A stretch of DNA of 64,000 bases from Akkermansia muciniphila (lineage in GTDB: Bacteria; Verrucomicrobiota; Verrucomicrobiia; Limisphaerales; UBA9464): NCBI GenBank assembly GCA_945861565.1, contig CAMAUY010000011.1, positions 6,444 through 70,443 of the forward strand, given 5' to 3'. Under the pieces are notes generated by a model. The model saw nothing but the letters and a program-made list of their open reading frames with translations, was not told the DNA's origin and ran no database searches. Both the position numbers and the translations under genes were made by a program. Below, piece by piece: positions 57,640-64,000 of the stretch; position 1 is the stretch's first letter, and each line of letters starts with the position of its first letter.

Positions 57640-57942
57640 GGTGCCCGGACCACGCCAGTTGGATATTACAATGGTTCACAAAAGCCGGCTGGCGTTGACA
57701 TGGCGAACGGGTACGGGCTCTACGACATGTCTGGCAACGTGTGGGAGTGGTGTTGGGATTGGTATGGCACGTATTCTACCGGAAGCCAGACGGATCCGCG
57801 AGGTGTGGCTTCAGGCTCCAACCGCGTGTTACGCGGGGGCAATTGGAACAACGACACGAACAACCTCCGAGTTGCCAATCGCAACAACAACACGCCGTCG
57901 AATCGCGACAACAACATCGGGTTTCGTTGCGTCCTAGCCCAG
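57640..57942 (+). pseudogene. C-terminal fragment of an FGE/SUMF1-type domain
   Basis: TTPVGYY...GLYDMSGNVWEWCWDWY...RVLRGGNW...IGFRCVLA is only the last ~100 aa of the formylglycine-generating-enzyme fold. Confidence 0.6.
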
Positions 57943-59044
57943 TGCCAGCACCTGACGGTGCTGGGCTGGCCCGGCTGGAATCCCGACCGTTTCCGGACAC
58001 GACGGATTCGGCGAACCACAAAAAGCCGCCTGGTGCCGGTAGAGAACCCGAAAACACTGGGCGGCTCCCTCCTCCACGAGAGGGAGAACGCACGCGAAGA
58101 CGCGAAGGAGGGAGGGGACTGATCCGCAGGATTTTGCTTCCTCAGATCTTCGCGGCTTCGCGTGATGAAATTTATCGATTGTATGAACAAGTATATGGCT
58201 TCAACCCTCATTTTGGAGAAGCGAGATAAACACCCGCTCTCACCTGGAAGAAAGGGCTTGGGTCTGGAGATTCGCCATTCTGAGGTGGCAAAATGCAACA
58301 ACTTCTCACGGCTCGCGCTTACCCTACTGCTTGATGAGGCCCCCAGGCATCGTGGCGATGTCGACCAGTGAAATGGGCGTATGACCAGGCTCATCCAAAA
58401 ACTCAGACGAATTCCCGCCTTGCCCCTCATCAGGGTGGCCCACTCCGGAGCCGCGGAGCGGCGTCTGAACGCAGCCCACGGCGTCAGGCGTGGGTTCTCT
58501 GAGAGACCGCGCACAAGCCCTGAAAGGGCGACAGAGGAGTTGGCATTTGACGCATTGTCCCGTGGCTCCGTCGCCCCTGGCGGGGCTTGCATTATGTTCG
58601 AACGTTGTCCCACGGTTCGCGCCGTGGGCTTCGGTCTTTCGCCGCTCCGCGGCTTTGCTAAACGCCCATTATTCTTCCGGGACACGCACGCCAGAAAATG
58701 GCCAAACTCGTGGGGCAGACCTCGAAGAGTTTTCTGCTTCTTAGGGCCGGCACCATGCCAGCGTTGATCCTTTTCGCAGGGCTGCGGAGAGCGTCGTTCT
58801 AAATCTGGATCTTTACCAGCGGAAGGCGCTTGCAACCCACGTCCAAACGACTCGCGGAAGAGAGCTCTTGAATCGAATCATTGCGATGCTACAGAGATTT
58901 GGAAGATTCTGAAGGCTCTGAAGTTCCAGTCGCCAATTTTCAGATCGACAAAGTTTCCGACGAAGGCGAGCCAGAGGGGGCCAAAATGAAAACTCCTGCA
59001 ACAGAATGCTTGGATGCCCGCCGGATTGCCACTTCACTCTCAGC

Positions 59045-61516
59045 ATGCACGTCGTCCGGATTGCCACCCTCGCCGTCCCCTTGTTCCTGCCATTCCTGGC
59101 CATGGCCCGTCTGACGCCGGAGCGTCTCGCTCAATTGCCACCGCCCGTAATTCGACCGGTTGATTTTGTCGCCGATATCCAACCGATTCTCGAAGCCAGT
59201 TGCGTGAAGTGCCATGGTCGTGGAAAGGCGAATGGAGGCTTCCGGCTTGATAATCGTGAGGCATTTCTACAACCGAGCGATTCCGGTCCGGCCGTGGCTG
59301 TCGGCGATAGTGCCAGCAGCCATCTGATCGAGTTGGTGTCGGGACTGGATCCGGAGAGCGTGATGCCACAGAAGGGCACCAAACTGACGCGTGAGCAGGT
59401 CAGCCTCGTGCGCGCCTGGATTGACCAAGGATTAAAATGGGATGCTTCGGTTTCGTTTGCCCGGCCGCCGGCAAATAATCTGACGCCTCGGAAGCCGAGT
59501 TTGCCGATTTCGGAGACGGAAAAACATCCGATCGACCAGTGGATACAGCCCTATTTCGCATCCCATGGTGTCTCGCCGGCCGGCGTGGTGGATGACAGGG
59601 CATGGTTGCGTCGGGTTACGCTGGATTCTGTCGGGTTGCTGCCGGACCCGGCCGAAGCGGAGGCGTTCGTGCGGGATTCAGCACCGGATAAGAAGCTCAG
59701 GACGGTGCGTCGACTTTTGGCGGACAAGCACCGGTACGCGCAGCACTGGTTGACCTTTTGGAACGATCTGCTTCGAAACGACTACCGGGGAACGGGTTAT
59801 ATCGATGGAGGGCGGAAGCAGATCACGGAATGGCTTTATTCGGCCTTGCGGGACAATGTTCCCTACAACCAATTTGTGAAGGAACTGGTGAATCCGTCAC
59901 CGGCGAGCGAGGGGTTTAGCAAGGGAATTGTTTGGCGCGGTGCGGTCAACGCCTCAATGACGCCTCCGATGCAGGCGGCGCAGAATATTTCGCAGGTTTT
60001 CATGGGGGTAAATCTGAAATGCGCTTCGTGCCATGACAGTTTCATCGATGATTGGCAATTGAGTGAATCCTATGGCCTGGCCGGGATTTACGCCGATGGG
60101 CCGTTGGAGATGGTGCTGTGTGACAAGCCCTTGGGTAAAACGGCTCCCCTCCGGTTCTTGTTCCCTGAGCTTGGGGTGGTCAACCCGACAGGTTCGCGGG
60201 CTGATCGGTTGAAACAGATCGCGGATATAATAACCAGGCCCGAAAATGGCCGTCTTTCGAGGACGATTGTGAATCGCCTGTGGGCGAGACTCTTAGGACG
60301 AGGCCTGGTGGAACCTCTCGATGTGATGCAGAACGAGGCCTGGAATCCGGATCTTCTCGATTGGTTGGCGGAGGATCTCGTGGCGAATTCCTGGAATCTT
60401 AAACGAACGATTGAGCTTGTGCTGACGTCGACCGCCTATGCCCTACCGACGGTTCCGTCCTCCGCCCAGGAGGAAAAACGGTATGTGTTTCGAGGACCCG
60501 CCGTCCGGCGCCTATCGGCCGAACAGTTCCGCGACGCGCTCGGTCAATTGACGGGGGTATGGGGAGGGCGACAGGAGGGGAATTTGCAACGAGAACTGTC
60601 TCTGGGATTGGATCTGCCGCCTTTGCCGACGACGGCATTCTGGGTTTGGAACAACATCCATGCGGCGGACTCTGCGCCAACGGGAAGCGTGTTTTTCCGT
60701 AAAACTTTCGAACTTTCTGTGATGCCGCAGGAGGCGACGCTGTGGATCAACGTGGACGACGACGCCCGTCTTTTTGTGAATGGCGAAGCCGTTGCGTTAA
60801 GCGCAAAGCCTTCCAAGAACCAGTTTGTTCGGGCGGAGATTCTCCCGAAGTTGCGCGCCGGTGCCAATGTGATCGCGATCGAAGGGGTGAATGGGGGAGA
60901 TAAGCCAAATTCGGCGGGTTTGCTGGTGTATGCGAAGATCCGCACCAACCCCGGTGCGACAGGGTCTGATGCCGTGCTGGATTTCGCTTCGGATGCGACC
61001 TGGCTGGCTGCCACCAATGCAGGGAATGCGTGGACGGCGGCTGACTTTGGAGCAAGCCAGTGGCGAGCGGCCGTGATTCTGGGCGACGCCAACCTCGACC
61101 CGTGGAAGGCGGGTCCATTGCTGGCGGCAGCGGTGACGCGACAAGGTGGATTTGGTGGCCAGTTCCGCGCCAGTCTTGGCTCGTCTGATCCATTGCTTTC
61201 TGCACTCGGCCGCCCCAACCGGGAGCAGGTTCAAACGGTACGACAATCGACAGCGACAACGTTGCAGATGCTGGAACTGACGAATGGAAGCACCCTGGCA
61301 CGACTATTAAGAGAGGGGGCAAAGCAGCTAATTGCGACCACACCCGATAGCCGTCAGCTGGCAGAATTGATCTTTCGGCGGGGACTGGGGCGCTCACCGG
61401 CCGAATCGGAGCTGCAATTGTCGTCGGAAATGCTCAGTAACGCTCCTCAGACCGAAGCGGTGGAGGATTTATTGTGGAGTGTGGCGATGCTCCCGGAGTT
61501 TCAAATCATTCTCTGA
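59045..61516 (+). CDS. PSCyt1 / DUF1549 / DUF1553 protein
   Basis: Signal peptide. Cytochrome-like CVKCHG. DUF1549 region (HPIDQWIQ...RRVTLDSVGLLPDPAE). DUF1553 region (CASCHDSFIDDW...). ATG 59045 is preferred. Confidence 0.8.
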   Translation: MHVVRIATLAVPLFLPFLAMARLTPERLAQLPPPVIRPVDFVADIQPILEASCVKCHGRGKANGGFRLDNREAFLQPSDSGPAVAVGDSASSHLIELVSGLDPESVMPQKGTKLTREQVSLVRAWIDQGLKWDASVSFARPPANNLTPRKPSLPISETEKHPIDQWIQPYFASHGVSPAGVVDDRAWLRRVTLDSVGLLPDPAEAEAFVRDSAPDKKLRTVRRLLADKHRYAQHWLTFWNDLLRNDYRGTGYIDGGRKQITEWLYSALRDNVPYNQFVKELVNPSPASEGFSKGIVWRGAVNASMTPPMQAAQNISQVFMGVNLKCASCHDSFIDDWQLSESYGLAGIYADGPLEMVLCDKPLGKTAPLRFLFPELGVVNPTGSRADRLKQIADIITRPENGRLSRTIVNRLWARLLGRGLVEPLDVMQNEAWNPDLLDWLAEDLVANSWNLKRTIELVLTSTAYALPTVPSSAQEEKRYVFRGPAVRRLSAEQFRDALGQLTGVWGGRQEGNLQRELSLGLDLPPLPTTAFWVWNNIHAADSAPTGSVFFRKTFELSVMPQEATLWINVDDDARLFVNGEAVALSAKPSKNQFVRAEILPKLRAGANVIAIEGVNGGDKPNSAGLLVYAKIRTNPGATGSDAVLDFASDATWLAATNAGNAWTAADFGASQWRAAVILGDANLDPWKAGPLLAAAVTRQGGFGGQFRASLGSSDPLLSALGRPNREQVQTVRQSTATTLQMLELTNGSTLARLLREGAKQLIATTPDSRQLAELIFRRGLGRSPAESELQLSSEMLSNAPQTEAVEDLLWSVAMLPEFQIIL

Positions 61517-61792
61517 TTTCGGTGAATAATCGCATTTTTTCAGGCATATTGGCCGTCAGTGAGTTCACAGGGTGCCTCGAAATGTCACGAAATGGGGCGG
61601 GGTAGGGCCGGTATTTTTGTGGATTGATCCATGGGAGTGCAAAATCCCGTTGACAGTACCATCTTAGGCCGACTATTCCTTAGTGCTCTTGGTGAGAGTT
61701 GCCGGTGCCCGGTTTCGGTTTCCACAGCTCTGAGAGTTGCGGGGATCGAAGCTTTTTTGTCGTCTGATCGCGGCAGGAAGGTTCGGGACGAA

Positions 61793-61868
61793 GCCCACGT
61801 AGCTCAGTTGGTAGAGCACGTCCTTGGTAAGGACGAGGTCATCGGTTCAAACCCGATCGTGGGCTCCA
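61793..61868 (+). tRNA. tRNA-Thr(GGT)
   Basis: GCCCACG TA GCTC AGTTGGTA GAGC A CGTCC TTGGTAA GGACG AGGTC ATCGG TTCAAAC CCGAT CGTGGGC T CCA. Classic position upstream of tuf. Confidence 0.9.
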
Positions 61869-61918
61869 CGGTGACTTTTACATAACAGAACAAACGAGAA
61901 CAGTTAACTGCTAAGAAA

Positions 61919-63106
61919 ATGGCCAAAGAGAATTTTCAACGGACGAAGCCGCACATGAATGTCGGCACTATCGGTCACGTCGACCATGGTAAATCCACCC
62001 TGACGGCGGCATTGGTCGCTGTGCAGAATCGTAAGGGCTTGGCCCCAGCCATCTCTTATGCGGATATCACTAAGGGTGGTACCGTGCGCGATGATACCAA
62101 GACGGTGACGATCGCTGTGTCGCACGTCGAGTATGAGAGTACGAGGAGGCACTACGCACACGTGGATTGCCCGGGACATGCCGACTATGTGAAGAACATG
62201 ATCACCGGTGCCGCTCAAATGGACGGCGCCATTCTGGTGGTGAGTGCGGCGGATGGGCCGATGCCACAGACGCGCGAGCACATCCTACTGGCCCGCCAGG
62301 TGGGCGTGCCGAGCATGGTTGTCTTTCTGAACAAGGTAGACCTCGCGGACGTGGACCTACTCGAGTTAATCGAGATGGAAATTCGCGATTTGCTCACCAA
62401 GTACGGTTTCCCTGGGGAGACGACTCCGATCGTCCGAGGATCGGCTACGGCGGCGCTCGAGGGCAAGCCGGAGGGTGAAAAAGCCATTGCCGACCTTCTG
62501 GAGGCTTTGGACAGCTTCATCCCGGAGCCTGTCCGTGAAAATGACAAGCCCTTCCTGATGTGCATCGAAGACGTCTTCAATATTGAGGGCCGCGGCACAG
62601 TTGTTACGGGCCGTGTCGAACGCGGAACACTCAAGAAGATGGAGGAAGTTGAAATCGTCGGGATCAAGGACACCCGCAAGACGACGGCGACCGATATCGA
62701 AATGTTCCGCAAGCTGCTCGATAGCGCAACGTCAGGAGACAACGTCGGAGTGCTGCTTCGTGGCACAAAGAAAGAGGAAGTGGAGCGTGGAATGGTGCTG
62801 GCCAAGCCGGGGTCAATCAAGCCCCACACTCATTTCAAGGCTGAGGTTTACGTCCTAACCAAAGATGAAGGCGGGCGTCATACGCCGTTTTTCACCAACT
62901 ACCGCCCGCAGTTCTATTTCCGGACTTCCGACATTACGGGAACCGTGGCTCTGCCGCAGGGTGTCGAAATGGTGATGCCTGGCGACAACGTTTCGGTTGA
63001 GATTACGCTGATCCAGCCCGTCGCGATGGAGAAAGGTCTCCGATTTGCTATCCGTGAAGGCGGGCGCACGATCGGCGCCGGCCGTGTGTCGGACGTTCTC
63101 ACTTAA
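61919..63106 (+). CDS. tuf: Elongation factor Tu
   Basis: [21 protein letters not shown] and a full-length EF-Tu match. Confidence 0.97.
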   Translation: MAKENFQRTKPHMNVGTIGHVDHGKSTLTAALVAVQNRKGLAPAISYADITKGGTVRDDTKTVTIAVSHVEYESTRRHYAHVDCPGHADYVKNMITGAAQMDGAILVVSAADGPMPQTREHILLARQVGVPSMVVFLNKVDLADVDLLELIEMEIRDLLTKYGFPGETTPIVRGSATAALEGKPEGEKAIADLLEALDSFIPEPVRENDKPFLMCIEDVFNIEGRGTVVTGRVERGTLKKMEEVEIVGIKDTRKTTATDIEMFRKLLDSATSGDNVGVLLRGTKKEEVERGMVLAKPGSIKPHTHFKAEVYVLTKDEGGRHTPFFTNYRPQFYFRTSDITGTVALPQGVEMVMPGDNVSVEITLIQPVAMEKGLRFAIREGGRTIGAGRVSDVLT

Positions 63107-63196
63107 TCGGCCGTTTCGAATGGACGCGAGGAATCCGACCGCGAGAAGGTTGGATTGCCGTGTCCGTTGATGATGGAAAACAGATTTCATTTTAAC

Positions 63197-63272
63197 AGGG
63201 CGTTAGCTCAATTGGTAGAGTAGCGGTCTCCAAAACCGTTGGTTGGGGGTTCGAGTCCCTCACGCCCTGCCA
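63197..63272 (+). tRNA. tRNA-Trp(CCA)
   Basis: AGGGCGT...anticodon loop CTCCAAA...ACGCCCT G CCA. Confidence 0.9.
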
Positions 63273-63280
63273 AACCTCGC

Positions 63281-63370
63281 GGAGGGGTGGCAGAGTGGTC
63301 TAATGCGGCGGTCTTGAAAACCGCTGTGGGCTAACGCCCACCGGGGGTTCGAATCCCTCCCCCTCCGCCA
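63281..63370 (+). tRNA. tRNA-Ser(TGA)
   Basis: 90 nt. Acceptor GGAGGGG/CCCCTCC, anticodon loop CTTGAAA, long variable arm TGTGGGCTAACGCCCACC, encoded CCA. Confidence 0.85.
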
Positions 63371-63385
63371 GAAATTGAAAATTTT

Positions 63386-63652
63386 GTGAACTGGACTCCT
63401 TTACTTATTTGGGTGGTAGTTGTCGGCGCCCTGTTCTTCTTTTTTTGGCAAAAAGGGTACATTGACCGCTTGGCTAAGTATGTTGGCGAAACTCGGGAAG
63501 AGATGAAGAAATGTCAGTGGCCGACTCGCGAAGAGCTTTGGCAATCGACCGTTTTAATCTTCTTGATCATCGGGTTCCTTGGATTGTTCACGCTGGTGGC
63601 AGATTTTGTAATCCTGGGGGCCGTGCGCGTCTTAATGGCCGTCGGTGCTTGA
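63386..63652 (+). CDS. secE: Preprotein translocase subunit SecE
   Basis: ETREEMKKCQWPTREELWQSTVLIFLIIGFLGLF is the SecE core. Located between the tRNA-Trp/Ser genes and nusG. Confidence 0.85.
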   Translation: MNWTPLLIWVVVVGALFFFFWQKGYIDRLAKYVGETREEMKKCQWPTREELWQSTVLIFLIIGFLGLFTLVADFVILGAVRVLMAVGA

Positions 63653-63677
63653 ACCGCAGTCAAACTGAATCCCACTT

Positions 63678-64000
63678 ATGAAAGCCCAGTGGTTCGTCCT
63701 CCATACGCTCGCCGGTCAGGAACAAAAGGTGCGCGACAGCATCCTCAAGCGGCTGAAGACCGACGAGATGGAACCTTACATCAAGGAGGTTTTGCTCCCG
63801 ATGGAAAAGGTGGTCGAGGTGCGGGGCGGCAAGAAAACCGTCACGTCGCGCAAATTACATCCCGGGTACGTGTACGTCGAGCTGGAGCTCTTGGACGAAA
63901 ACAATCGGCCGCTGGAACGGCCATGGTATTTCATCAAGGACATCCAGGGGGTGATTGGATTTGTCGGCGGCGAACGTCCCATGGAAGTCACCGCCGATGA
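63678..64000 (+). CDS. nusG: Transcription antitermination factor NusG (3' end outside window)
   Basis: Own translation from ATG 63678: MKAQWFVLHTLAGQEQKVRDSI...HPGYVYVELEL...IQGVIGFVGG. This frame runs off the window end and is not in the ORF track. Confidence 0.88.
   Translation, partial: MKAQWFVLHTLAGQEQKVRDSILKRLKTDEMEPYIKEVLLPMEKVVEVRGGKKTVTSRKLHPGYVYVELELLDENNRPLERPWYFIKDIQGVIGFVGGERPMEVTAD

Noticed and set aside
57720-58835. 371-aa ORF on the minus strand
   Set aside because: It runs antisense through the FGE-fragment region and the debris region. Its composition is low-complexity R/S/P-rich, and I recognise no motif. It looks like a typical GC-rich shadow ORF.
61650-61679. TTGACA followed 17-18 nt later by CTATTC/TATTCC as a promoter for the tRNA-Thr/tuf unit
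   Set aside because: The -35 element is perfect, but the -10 matches at most 3 of 6 positions. That is not enough to call.
63281-63370. Considered tRNA-Sec because of the 90-nt length and long variable arm
   Set aside because: The anticodon is 5'-UGA-3' (reads UCA, Ser), not 5'-UCA-3'. The acceptor and T-arm geometry is the ordinary class II tRNA-Ser type.

Overview
64-kb chromosomal window from a moderately GC-rich bacterium that looks like a PVC-superphylum member, probably Verrucomicrobiota. The taxon markers are a PEP-CTERM protein, a prepilin-type/DUF1559-like protein, PSCyt-DUF1549-DUF1553 and DUF1501 proteins, and futalosine-pathway menaquinone genes. I support about 60 protein genes, 7 tRNAs, 4 intrinsic terminators and several repeats. 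Family names come from motif recognition by eye, not from searches. Most of the window is housekeeping: coaE, pyrE, nth, pilT, clpP-clpX, carA, a Dus enzyme, mqnA plus an MqnC/E radical-SAM enzyme, a Mla-like ABC system, a 5'-3' exonuclease, rho, tlyA, nadK, and tRNA-Thr/tuf/tRNA-Trp/tRNA-Ser/secE/nusG. The most interesting parts are: (1) Two paralogous, ATGA-coupled gene pairs (a ~180-aa membrane-anchored protein plus an HTTM-domain membrane protein) in inverted orientation around a GldA/F/G-type ABC exporter cluster. This is my best candidate for an undescribed system. (2) A single open frame fusing LMW phosphatase, RpiB and serine hydroxymethyltransferase. (3) A Mla-like ABC module whose ATPase carries substitutions in four catalytic motifs. 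(4) A ~5-kb decaying toxin-antitoxin and IS-remnant island next to tRNA-Glu(CTC), with mostly orphaned antitoxins and internal repeats. (5) Rho with a ~218-aa proline-rich N-terminal extension. (6) A 1.7-kb gene-debris region containing a chimeric ORF. No CRISPR array, rRNA or intact transposase was seen.
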